Of a stretch of DNA of 64,000 bases, positions 47,575 through 64,000 are shown piece by piece (the stretch's first letter is position 1; each line of letters begins with the position of its first letter). The stretch comes from Psilocybe cubensis (lineage: Eukaryota). The DNA is taken from assembly GCA_017499595.2 (NCBI GenBank), contig CM039007.1, forward strand, positions 1,736,001 to 1,800,000. Reading direction: 5' to 3'. The notes beneath the pieces are model-generated. The model saw only the letters and a program-made list of their open reading frames with translations. It searched no databases and was not told the DNA's origin. The position numbers were made by a program, and so were the translations under genes.

Positions 47575-50500
47575 TCAATCTGACGAGGAACCGGCTGCTC
47601 TCTTCTTTGCCACCTCCTCAGCTGCCTGATCAACAAGTCGAAGGACCTCGAGTTGCTCTTCCGGACACATCGCAACACTGTACCAATAATGAGATTCTCC
47701 ACAAACATATTATATGTAATATGACATGAAATACGTACAACTTCTGCGCAAAGTCGTAAATGTCTGCTTCGCAATTTATCGCGCCCGAATCGACGAGCGC
47801 CTCACGTCTCATCTCAAGCCTAGACAACGCAAAAAATCAGCGAGAAAGAATTATCCAGCAGTCGACAGAAGATGCGTACTGGGATGGGACAGGCACAGTG
47901 GTCTTTTTACGGTTTTTCCCCCTATTAGGGGGTGGCCATACGGCAGCAGGCTTGGGTTTCTCTTTCTCTTTTGAGATCCCCTCATCCTTCTGTTTACCTT
48001 TACGTTTCCCGTATTTGCTCCCAGATGCTGCTGATCCCGCCTTTGCCGCCTTTGCTTCGCGCCTCTTCTTCTTTAGGTTCTGGTGAAAGCAAACGACGTT
48101 CATTTGGAGCCGGGGAGGGGTATATAAGGTAAAGAAAGAGATCTGGTAGACGCACCTCTATGCTTATTTTAAGCTGCATAGCCTGTACATGGCTCGGCTC
48201 GAGGATTTTGTCGTTGTGGTGAATGTATCGGACCCCAATTTGTTTGATTGTTTCGTCAATTGTATTGGAGCCTTTCTTGGGTTGGGGAACTATAGCAGCA
48301 CCGAAAGCGTTAGATAAGTCGCCCTTAGAAAAGAATAATACCCACCTGAGTCGTCGAAGAGTAGAGAACCCAATCCCTTCAAGGAGTCCTTCTACAAAAT
48401 TAGTACAGTATAGTTAGCAGTCCTGAACGTCTATTATATCAGTGTCAAGACTTACCTTATCCTCCTTGAGAAATACCGCTTCTTCCTCGTTGACGTGCGC
48501 CAGCTCATTGCTGCTCTTTATCTTCTTCCCCGTCTGTTTCTCCATGTTCGCAAGCGCCCAATCAAGCTCTGCAATATGTGCCTTTTCAATCTAAACAGAG
48601 TGCACCAAACATCAATACGAAGTAATAGAGGCAGGGATTATAAAAGGCCACATACCACATGCTTCGTCGCCACAGCTCCTTCATGCAGTTTGAATATATT
48701 CTCCAACCCAAACAACTCCCCCTTCTTCGCATTATCTCCCTGAACACCCTCAAAGTACCTGGTATACAACAGCCCATCAGCACTCAATTCCATAAAATTG
48801 TCATACCCAGGATTTTGATCCTGCCGCAAACACACACCTCGTCTGGATGCTCGCGTTGTACCCAATCGCCATTTGCTGCTGCTTGTAGATCTGCCGCGCG
48901 TAGATGAGCTCTTCGACAGAGCCGGCGGCGAGGAGGCGGTATACGGTCACGTCGCGCAGTTGGCCGATGCGGAAGGCTCTGTGAAGCATAGGAGAAATTG
49001 ATATTGGCTTTCTGGTTCTTCGACGATGGAGGGGAGAGTGGAATTACGAACCTGTCCATTGCTTGTAGATCGAGTGCAGGGTCTATAGGTTAAATTTGAT
49101 TAGACACCATGGTGCAACTCGCTAAGAGGAGAATACGTACTCCAATTTGGGTCTTGGGGGGACGTTTGTGGCGTTAGTACACCGGGAAATGGAGGTAGAC
49201 CATAGTACAGAAGCTCACCAAACACAACAACCTTGTTAGCACCTGCGGAACGATGTTAGAATTACTACAATATGGCATAGATTGATAGGTGTTTAATACC
49301 TGTGAGATTCAGGCCGGTCCCTCCAGCAGCAGTCGAGATTAAAAATAAGAAAATATCAGGATCCTTGTTAAATTTGTCAACGAGTCCCATCCCTATCAAA
49401 TGAAGTAAGAATATTGCGATATGGAAGAACTGAATCCACAAAATCAAACGTACGTAGCTCCTGCTTGGTGCTCCCATCCAACTTCAAATACGTGTATCGC
49501 ACTGCGTTTGAGATCAGTACGATAACTTTGATAATACTAGAAAATCAGGAGCAATAAACGCACATTTTGCTTTCAGATAATCTTCGACGATGTTGAGCAG
49601 CTTCACAGACTTGGTAAATACCAACACTTTGTTCGTTTTATCTTTCCGCCACTCGTTAAGTAGGGTATCAAGAACCTTCAATGAAGCAAATGTAAATAGA
49701 CGAAGGATGATTCGATGCACATTAGCAGGAAAGCGTACCGCCCATTTCCCACAAGTTTCAGTTCTCATCGCCGTCAGAGAGTACGTCGGGATACTACCAT
49801 CATCCGAAGGGAAAGCCATACGTGCTATCTCTCGACATGCCTCTGTCTACATATAGTTGATCTTTTGTTCAAAATTCAAATAGTAGAGCTGGGATTGGGA
49901 ATGGACGTTACCGTTTCTTTGCTATCATTGGGCACTGTTAACACAAGAGGCAAAAAGGGTCTAGTCAGTTTAAGTCCCTGTAGTGACATTTCGCCTGCGC
50001 TTTAGCACCGACACTTACTGGGCAGGATTAATGCCAAGTGGTTTGACATTTTGATCAGGATAGACATGAACCTGAATACGTCGGCAGCGACGAAGGGATA
50101 ATGACAGTTCTTTCGTCTACGTATAAAGTGTATTGTCAGCAAATTGATGAACCGGATTCAAGTGATACTGACGAATTTCGGGAGCCACATGAACATAACT
50201 CATCGCGCTTGATTAGGTTTTGCACTGCTGGAGTCGACAAAATGTTTTTGTATGCTCTGGCTTGCATTCGCGTCAGAGGACAAAACACCACCTGGTCGGT
50301 CTTCGTCGGCAGCTAATGATACCAACATCAATGAATACATGCATAAAGACTCATCGGAGGATGATGCACATACTTGATCTTTTATAATATCCTTAGTCCT
50401 CCGCAAGAAGAACTCGGGGAGCAATTTATCCCTTAAAACGGCAGCCACCGCACTTCCAATAACCTGTTCGTCTTCGGTCGCAGTGGCAGACTGCGCTTTC

Positions 50501-52734
50501 ACCAGCGGGGTGGTCACGTAATGCTTCCACTGCTTCAACGTGCCCACCTCGCCTGGATTGGTCCAGTCTAGGAGAGCCCAGAACTCATTGTAGTTGTTCT
50601 GAATCGCGGTTCCTGTAAGTCCGTACCGCAGCGGGGTTAGAAATCTGGAACAGGAGGTGGAAAGTTGGGTGTTCTTGTCTTTCAGGCGGTGCGCTTCGTC
50701 AATGATGATGCATGTGAAGGCGAGGTCGTAGAGTTCTTCGATATCTCTGCTGGCAATCTCGAAGCTTGTTACAACTGGATAGTGAAATGCAATCAATAAC
50801 AAAATCAATCCACAAGAGGGACAAATGCACTTACGGACGTCCAGGCGTCCGAGCTTGAAGTCTTTGAGAACATCCGCGCGTTTAGGTCCCATATACAGGC
50901 CAACTTCGAAGTAACCCCACTTGAAAAATAAAGTGTAAGAGTCTAGAGTCTTGAGCTAAGGACAATATCTGTGGCTCACCTTCCGAAATTCTTGTTCCCA
51001 GTTCCCCGTAACAGAGCTGGGAGCGATAATGATGCACGTAGGCCATTTTTTGTCTGCCTTGGGCATATGTTTGCGCCAATCTTTATTATCTTGCAGCCGG
51101 GAGACATATTGTTTACGTCGATGTTTGTCCGTTGAAAATCCAGTTTTCTTCATGATAGCAGACAAAAATGAGATGGTTTGGATTGTTTTACCTAGTAAGT
51201 TCGTCAATGATTGTCTGTATTTTAATTACTGCAGGAAAAACGAACCCTGAAAAATAAACATCAGAAATGAAGACTGGAATTACATTGTTGAAGCTACTTA
51301 CCAAACCCATATCGTCTCCCAAAAGACCTCCTTTCCCTGCTGCGTATTGCCGGTAGAGGAATTGTACGCCTTCCCTTTGATATTCTCGCAAAAAAGGGTT
51401 GAGCGTCGATGGTATCTTGGCGGTCTTTTGTTCATCTAGGTAATAAGACGCCAACTGCTGTCCTGGTTGCAATACAAATCCAGGCCTTCTCGATAGCGCT
51501 TTCTACGATAATATCAGACCATATTAAGAAGACGCGAAACAGAATATTCAGACTTACTGGTTTTGAGATTGGTTGAGGTTCGGATTCGGATTCAGATTCA
51601 GATTCAGTTACTGAGTCTGATTCTTGGGTACTGGCTTGAGGGCGCTTTCCTCGTGCTACAGCTGAGAGCATATAAGTAAGCCATAGGAGAGCAAAAGAGA
51701 CCTACTTACCAGACAAATAGTGAGACGCTTTCGTAGCTTTGGGAGGAACCTGGGACGCAGCTTCTGCATCGGACTCGGATTCAGTCACCGAATCAGGCTC
51801 ATATCCTGGCACAGAGTAAGTAGCAATAAAAAGGTGGGGAAGACACTGTTGCACCTTCAGTAGTCGTTTGTTTGTGAACAGGCGCCGATATGCGAGCACT
51901 CTGGTTCGCTTGAGATGTCTGAATCGAAGAACCTTCCGCACAAGATTCAGATTCTAAAGTAAGGGTAACAGACGTCAGATATAGTACCATTTTCAAGGGT
52001 GATGGCGTACCCGTGACAGAGTCTGTTCTGTTGTCTCGTTCTAACTCCTTCTTCAATGACCTTGCGGACAGGTTGAGAAAGCCAATGGGGTCCGATGTCT
52101 TCGACTCATCAGAGTATTTAGAATGATCTGAGGACTCTTCGTCTAGCTCTTGTTCATCCTCCTCGTCATCTTCGAAGATCACCAGCAGTTCCTCTACACA
52201 GTGATGCCATCGTTGAAAAACATTACAGAAAGCTTAAGAATGGGACAGAGCAAACCAAAATATTTCTGTAGAGGGTTGTGGGACATTAAGTTCCTCTTCT
52301 TCGATGTTGAAGCAACTGACGTTCAAAAAAATACACTTAAGCCACGGTGCTAAACAAACGAGAGCTGAAATAGACCAGAATTTACTTTTTCTTTCGTGTA
52401 CATTGGGTATAAATTCTTCTTCTTCATCAGATTCGATATTCTTCGTAGCCTTCCGCCTCTTCTGGGGAAGTGTGCTAGAAGAAGATTTTCTTGTCCTCTT
52501 CTTCGGCTTTGCCGGTGTTGGTATGTAAGGACCTGACTTGAAATCAGAATCGGAGTCGTCCTCTGTTTGAAATATACTGAGTGTTACTGCAAGGAGAGAA
52601 CAGAAATTCAAACAGACCGAGTGGTGCAGGAATGGAGTCCAAAAGGCCTGATTCTATATTCAGTGCTGCCCAGAAGACCATACCATAATAAGGCACCAAC
52701 GTTTGCTATACACATCCTTCTTTGGGGGGACCAT
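47575..52734 (-). CDS. SNF2-family helicase, ERCC6L2/Rad26-like (multi-exon; start approximate)
   Basis: [25 protein letters not shown] (Walker A), [55 protein letters not shown], and TRYFEGVQG...[10 protein letters not shown] as in the ERCC6L2 subfamily. Confidence 0.85.
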
Positions 52735-53334
52735 GGGTTCCTTCCTGGTAGTTCAGGGACTTGCTATTTAAGACATTGTTTGAAATATTTCGGTATATCG
52801 AAAGAGTCACCTTCAATCTGGTGTATGTCGCGTCGCGTCAGTGTTCACGTTCAAACAGTAGAAGGCACCGTGATTAAAGTGACTCACAGTTCTTGAGTTA
52901 TTGCAGGACAGTGCTTTACCGGTACCAGCCACACCTTACGCGAAAGTGTGTTACAACAGAGCTCTGTTCTCAGTGGAAGAAAGAGGACAGAAGAAAGTGG
53001 GGGTCTGAGACGATGAGGGTAGAAAGCAGAGGAGTCAAGAGAGTTGTTCATTGTGTTCTAAAAGTAGCGAGGGAACCCATTAAAATCTTCCCACGACCCA
53101 ATCCGGAGGGAAGCGGGATTGTGGCTGTACATCTCATGGCCTTAATTGGGTACTATATTGGGCGAGCTATCAGCCTTTAAATAAAACCGAGTCTCCTCAC
53201 AGTACGACGGAACTTGAAGCAGGGAAATACACTGCAGATAATCAGAAGAAGGGGATATTAGAGTGGTGTTTGAAGTATTTAATAATTTCAACTACGACAG
53301 CGATAAGACAACAGAGATGGAATACGCGGCAAAG

Positions 53335-54261
53335 CTACTCGAAGGCTTTCTCTGCACTCTTTCGCACCAGTCTTCGAACTTCCTTTTTATACGCTATCGC
53401 AACAGAGAAGGATTAGGAATACATAATTTATCCCAATGGAAACAGACAAACCTGCAGGATTTGTTCGAATCTGTTTGGCGACGTCGACGTTGGCAGGACT
53501 GTCAAGATTAGGTGTGTCCGATGAAAGGAGGGAGATAACGCTAACGAGCTAAGGACGGTAGGTTATAATCGGTAATAAAGGAGCAGTAGCAATACACACA
53601 ATGGACTCTGCAGTGTGAACGGGCATCCATCGCTCCCCAGCATCTTCATATCCGTACTGATCCTCACCAGGTGCGTGCTGTTGATGGTGCAAAGATCGTT
53701 AGAAAAGACTTTGGAAACTAGATTGACGAGGAGTCTCACAAGAATCGATATACACACAGTACCGTCCTTGTAAACTGTGAGAAAATTCTGTGAGTCAGCA
53801 TATCGCACTGCGAGTCAAAGATACAAGACACACTGTTTGGGTGATGCATTTCGGTAATGAATTGCATCTTGGGAGGAAGCAAAGGAAATTCTGGCGGGAA
53901 AGACAGGCGAGCTTCCAAAAATCCTCCTTCACTGGAGAGGATAATGAGCTTCGCGAAGAAGTGGATGTCGCGGCTTTGCACATACTAGAGGGTATCAGGA
54001 GGCCTAGTATGGGAAAGAGTCAGTTTCCAGGAGAGGAGAGCACAATGTCGTATTTGAACATACCCGATAATCAATACCTTCCACTCATAATAGTTGTCTT
54101 CCTCGAAGAGTCCTGGTTTCATATCGAAGGAATCAGCCTAGAGTGGAGATCAGATACAAGGATTCAGACTAACCTACTGAGAAACCCGAGTCTGGTTGTT
54201 TCCTGAGGGCCTCGAATTGCCTCGCCAAAAGCATAGTGGTTGAAGCTGATGATTTAGACAT
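53335..54261 (-). CDS. Ubiquitin-conjugating enzyme E2, UBE2G1/Ubc15-like (multi-exon)
   Basis: Spliced GFSVG, [73 protein letters not shown]. The acidic loop insertion is typical of UBE2G. Confidence 0.9.
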
Positions 54262-55096
54262 CGTTCAAGAACTGGCGTAGCGTATGTGATAGTAGATCAA
54301 GTTAGAGCAGACAATGGCTCAGCCCCTTCAGAGGGTCATTATATAACACAGGCATCACGGCACGCACGTGACATTCCAGGGGCAGTGTGCGCCCAACTTT
54401 TTTTGTTGATCTTTATTCGTATGTTGAACGATGACTGTCAGAGAGAAATATCATTGCATGGTTTATTCAGTCAGATAGCCAGAAGAAACAGCCTTTAAAC
54501 ATTTATAGAGCTTTGTCACATACAATTTGGTTGGTGATTCAGTTTTGGGGATATTTGCAGTGTTGGGGATGGGGAATAAAAGATTTTCTTTCTGGATATC
54601 TTCTTAAGTGTACTTACGCTTGTGTTTAAGTATGAGTCAATCATGAAAATGTACATCTAACTCTTTTTTTCAATGTATTTGAAACCGATGAACAATATGG
54701 ATCATCATGATGGGGGGTTTGAGAAATCGTTGCCTTAACATCACGAGCATATATTTAGCCTTTCAGTCCCCTCAAACTAATATTTCTCTACGATAAAGGT
54801 GATTTCTACCAGAGAAAACGCGGTTTTACCTGCTATGCAAAATGCGCGCTGCCCATAATTGACGCGACTCAAGTCACGGGATACGTGAACTACACCACGT
54901 GCATGATAAACTAGGAAATTTCTGCTTCAGACAAGACCCAGGAGTCAGATCCACCGCGACCAAGTTGTACATTCCACCTTTGTTCACCCCATATTTTTTC
55001 TTATACCCCTGATATATACCTTTTGGAATCTCACAAAGCTTATCTGTATCAGTCGTCATTTGACAACGACTGCTCTGACTTCGCTGGACTACCATA

Positions 55097-59352
<4,256 letters not shown>

Positions 59353-61083
59353 CCGCACTTCAAGATCTGACCTATGCCCCATAGATGCTGCTACCTTATC
59401 TATTTTCTATTCTCATCAGCCTCGTTCACTTGTAGATTATTACCACCATCATCTGTACAATTTGACATTGTCCAAAACTGACACGTTTTTACAATATCTT
59501 CCGACCTACCTACCGCCATCTGTTCTACGCATCGATATCGGTTACTCTCGCAGGTTTTACTACCCTCCTACTGGCTATACCCAAAAGGATACCGAATCTT
59601 GAATACCACTGGGGCTATTGGGGTCTTGAACCCATACTTTAGATTGCTGTCAGCATAGATGGGTCGCTTTGGTAAGAGTATCTTCGCTTTTGCGAACTTT
59701 GGCGTTTTGGTGCATACCTGCCGGTTAAGCATTGATCTCCTATTTGTGTAGGTCCTCCCCGTCGGCAAATGTTGGTCTAGATGTGCTCTATCTTTTGTGG
59801 AGTAATCATACAATTCAACATTTACGTCTTTAGGTCGAATCTCAAGGTGTTTTAGCTAGGATTGCAAGGCGTTCGGAACGGTGTTGCGAATGCACTGCGA
59901 TGAAGATGGGAGACCCTCAGGCACTTCGGCTCTACCCACATGGATTGTCATCTCTCATCCTCAACCTAGGGAAACAGGATTTGATATGTGACACGCTACT
60001 CCGATTCCTACCCTCTCGTGGCTGACAATCGTATCGGAACTTTGCGACTCCATTTCTCAATCTGGCGTATCTCTAAACTCGTTTGAACGAAACCAAGTGC
60101 TGCGCCTGATGGGCTAAGCCAGTTCTAAATGTACCCTGGCCTCTCAACGTTGAAGAATCCTCCCGCGATTCAATGACTGTTGATAGAAATAACCTTGCTA
60201 GTTTGTCTTCCTCTGCTACACATATTGTTCATGACTTTGTATTCAATCTAGCTTGTAGAGTCTACATTCAATTGAGAATCTATATCTGAACTCTTGGCGT
60301 TTGTGGTAGTGAATATACACCACCGGAAGCCTGGCTGTTCTAAAATATCTGTTTGATCATGAGTAAACGATGTAGTCACGCCTTGATTTACCTTTTGCAC
60401 TTAGAATGACAGTAAGTCTTGACATGCTTGTGCACAAGACATGTCCCGGCTTTCATTCTGTATAACCATGTCGACTGTTTAGACCAATGGACGTTGTGTA
60501 AGTTTCTACCCATAATGGACTTGGAAATTGGAATAACCTTCCCCCTTTATGTCGTCGTGTCGTAGGATACAAAATAAACAAATCATTGACAGGCCGGTAA
60601 TCAGCACATAGTTAGAAATCGTGTAATAAAACATATCGAAGGAGAAAGATCCATCTTCTCAAAGCGTGAGCGCTCAAGGTGCTTTTACAATGCTGCTAAC
60701 AAGATTGAAGAAATGTCCTCGCGTTCATAACGGAGGGCCGATGTGAGAAAAGCGTTCTGTTTGAACATGGAAAGCCACAAAAAGACATCATCCTGGTATG
60801 TTCCGAGACCCTAAATGTATGTTGCCAGAGAAAATATGCCGAAGGAAACAGTTGGTGTGAGCTCTAAGTCCAAGTGGCCGCACATCTCGCTCTTATCGGA
60901 GTCTATAAAAGCATCACTCAGCTATTTAGGGCTCTCGGCCAAGTAATTGATTCTTGATCACTCTCTTTCGCACACGTACGTACCCAATACTATACGGTGC
61001 TTACCTCTCAGTTATCCAGCAAATACAGCCACCGCCACTCACAGATCAGCAAACCACCGACTTCGGAGGCATAGCAATACAAC

Positions 61084-62192
61084 ATGGCAGGCAGGGACTC
61101 CAACAGCAAAACCGCACTTCGCCGTCTCATGACAGAATACAAGCAGCTGACTTCTGGAGGTCAATACTATTTCAGTTGCAGTTGAAGCTAAAGGATGAAA
61201 CTCATCTAATGATTTCGTTTCTTATTGGTTGGCACAAATTCGGACTTTGTAGGCTCGCCAGATGGGATGTTTACTGCAGGTGCGTCTAGTGTACCCCTCT
61301 ACAATCCGGCTTACCATGGCCCACAACTCAACATAATCCTCGTTTCTTCAAGGCCCGATCTCCGAGTCTGATTTCTTCACATGGGAGGCGCTGATTTGCG
61401 GTCCAAAAGATACACCTTTTGTACGTCAATGCACCTCTAAACTGCAGTTATCGCCATCCCCCTGACCTTCGATAACCGTCCATGTTCCACCTGGTACACA
61501 TCTTCTAACAGGAAGGCGGTGTGTTTGCCGCAAAACTTACATTCGTATGTGTTAACTCTTCATTTCTTGATTTCCCATTCCTGCATCGTCTCCACATCAT
61601 GTTGGAGCGTGTACGAGAAATCACTCCGAATTCTTGATATTCTAACCGGTGGTCTTTTCCCATACAGCCCGCCGACTACCCGCTGTCCCCGTTCAAGATG
61701 AAATTCGACCCGCCCTTATTCCACCCAAACAGTGAGAATCAGCTGCTTCGAATATGGATAAGTCAACGTTTAATCTAACGGGCATCCCTCTGCGCCCCTT
61801 TTTCTTTCTAGTCTACCCTGACGGAAATGTCTGCATATCAATTCTTCATACGCCCGGAGACGATCCCACGATGTACGAACAGGCTTCCGAGAGATGGAGC
61901 CCCGTGCAAAGCGTCGAGAAAGTCATTCTCAGTGTTATATCTATGCTCGCAGGTGGGTACCTTTTTTCTTTTGTTCAAAATACACTGTTGTGTGTGAAAC
62001 CCATTGCTGAACGGTTGCCGATGACATCGCCCCTCTTCTTTTGTTCAAAAATTCTCTTTGGATAAAAAACGAATTCTAGAACCGAATCTTGAAAGCGGGG
62101 CAAACATTGACTGCTGTAAATTATACCGAGATAATCGTCCTGAATATGAAAGACTCGTGCGAGAATCTATTAGGGAGCAATTAGGGCTGTAG
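61084..62192 (+). CDS. UBC7: Ubiquitin-conjugating enzyme E2 Ubc7/UBE2G2 (multi-exon)
   Basis: [93 protein letters not shown]. Confidence 0.93.
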
Positions 62193-62394
62193 GAAGGGTT
62201 GTCCTGTCAGAAAGTTTGATATACAAAGTTTGTACTATAAGTGTGGTTATCCATTGATAAGAAGCAAAAAAGATCTAAAGTTCATTCTTCGTCCTCGGTC
62301 GGGAACCCCAATAGGAGAAAATGGCACATCAAGGTATGGAAAAAAACATCTCCGCCCAAATGCGCTATTTTCAGAATAGGGATTTGGTACAGAG

Positions 62395-64000
62395 CTATGA
62401 GTCCTGGTGTTTCTTGTATACCCTCGGGTTTAACGGCTTTCCCATAATATGACGTTCAACATAGTCATTGCGAAAAATACCACTGGGATCAACCTTCTCC
62501 ATGACTTGTCTGAAATCATCGAAACGTGGGTATAATTTCCGTAGAGAATCGGGGCGCAGACGGTGAGCTTTGGCCCAATGTGGACGGCCGTGATGCTGGA
62601 CAACAATATCTTCGTATGCTTTGAAAAGCTTCCGATATGGCACATTGAATCCGTATGGTCTATTGAAATATAGGAGCCATGGATAAGATAACAAAACATA
62701 TAAAGACAAAAGTAGTTCGAACGCACTTATATTGGACGATTCCGATCCAGCATGTGCGCTGACCACTGCTCGGGCTCAGCCAAATGTCATCGCTGGCAGA
62801 GAATCGAATTTCGATGGGGAAATGTGGGCGAATTCCATCTGGATTCTGGTATTCTTTATTCAGATAATCGCGTAGTTCACGTAGACATGCTTGCGCGTTC
62901 TCGTAGGGAATAGCCCACTCTGTGGTGTGCTGGGGGTACTGCGCAAAATATTAAAAATCGCGTGATAATGACGTCAGTAAACCTGAGACTCACCCTGCAA
63001 TCGACGTTGAAAATCTTGTAGCTATCGTCGATCCCTACAGTATCCCCGCTTGATAACCAGGAGGCAAAGTTTGCAACCCATGTATTTAGGAAAAGGAAGT
63101 ATCGCCCCAGGAACAATAAGAATTGAACGACATGGTATCCCATCACCGTGTGCCACCACCAGCTACCTGCAGGTTTTTTAGGCTACGATCAAGCAGAAAA
63201 GTCAGTTAGTGAGAATAGAATGGAAAGAAAGATATCGGAAGAACCTCGTCTGTGCGATTAGCATAACTGCAACGTATCGTTCCATTTGATGGATACCACC
63301 ACAGGCGGACATGCTCAGCCGAATGCACAATTTTGTCCAGATTCTGTACAACATCGTCAAATGGCAATGTCTGCTGCAACTCTTTCAGTCTATACGCGGG
63401 CTCGACCTCCAGTTGAATGCTGAGAATGATGCCTGTCGTGCCGAGACCGCATATCGACGCCAAAAAGAGATCGGCATGCTCGTTGCGAGAACAGGTGATT
63501 CGAGACCCGTCTGCGAGCAGCAGCGATAGGGCCATTACATTTGTCGAAATGACGCCATAGGTCATCCCGGAGCCGTGCGTCGCGGTCGTTACGACGCCAG
63601 CCAAGGACTGCTCGGATATGGACCCGAGGTTGATCATCGCGAGGTTGTTTTTCTGAAGCTGCGCGTGCAGGTCGTTAAGGGTGATCCCTCCTTGAGCGAC
63701 GACGTATCGTTTCTCTGTGTTAACCTGTATGTGTCAAATGAGGCCCGATATATGATAAAAACAGTCAAAGCAGACGCACCTCGAGAACCCGATTGAGCTT
63801 GGTAGTGCGCAACATGAATTCGTTCGTGCAAGCGAGATCGCTAGGACTATGGCCGACACCAGCTACTCTGAGTGTCTTCCCCTCCCTGCGAGCAAGCTCT
63901 AGAACGAGTTCGCACTGGAATTCGTTCTCTGGCTCGAAGATAGACGACGGTGTACAGACAAAAGTACGACCCCAGTTGGTGAAGCGTGCATGTTCCTTGG
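62395..64000 (-). CDS. ALO1: D-arabinono-1,4-lactone / L-gulonolactone oxidase (FAD-linked), 5' end outside window
   Basis: FTNWGRTF, GVGHSPSDLAC (FAD-linked His motif), NLGSISEQSLAGVVTTATHGSG, HFPIEIRF, GRPHWAK, DPSGIF. Confidence 0.9.

Noticed and set aside
60421-60445. Near-perfect palindrome GACATGCTTGTGCACAAGACATGTC; also an 8-bp inverted repeat near 17422-17447
   Set aside because: Isolated and short, with no flanking TSD or second copy. Compatible with chance.

Overview
Intron-rich eukaryotic DNA (mostly 50-70 nt GT-AG introns, microexons) whose gene families are typical of an agaricomycete (mushroom-forming basidiomycete). Housekeeping genes: HPC2/ubinuclein, an APT1-like thioesterase, a TPR/F-box/LRR protein, the AKR1 palmitoyltransferase, NHP6, an ERCC6L2/Rad26-like SNF2 helicase, two UBE2G-family E2 enzymes, RPC2/RET1 and ALO1. 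Two accessory arrays lie among them. (1) About 8-19.3 kb: four tandem paralogs of an uncharacterised single-pass membrane protein (Ser/Thr-rich N-terminus, TM + poly-Arg, short coiled coil, C-terminal PPEY motif), one frameshifted. (2) About 28.7-40.2 kb, the most interesting locus: three paralogous secreted precursors made of 45-53 aa units separated by RR/KR (Kex2-type) sites. Each unit has an aromatic/Pro head (FFFPIW) and a Gly/Asn module (I-x-A-x-GANGG-x-N-x-x-G-x-GANGG-S-I-S-I). They sit next to a 7-TM DUF6534-like gene and a TPR-DUF4470 gene. One precursor is split by a 1098-bp non-autonomous transposon with perfect 54-bp TIRs and a 6-bp TSD; removing it restores the reading frame. All family assignments come from motif recognition by eye, and exon boundaries were inferred manually.
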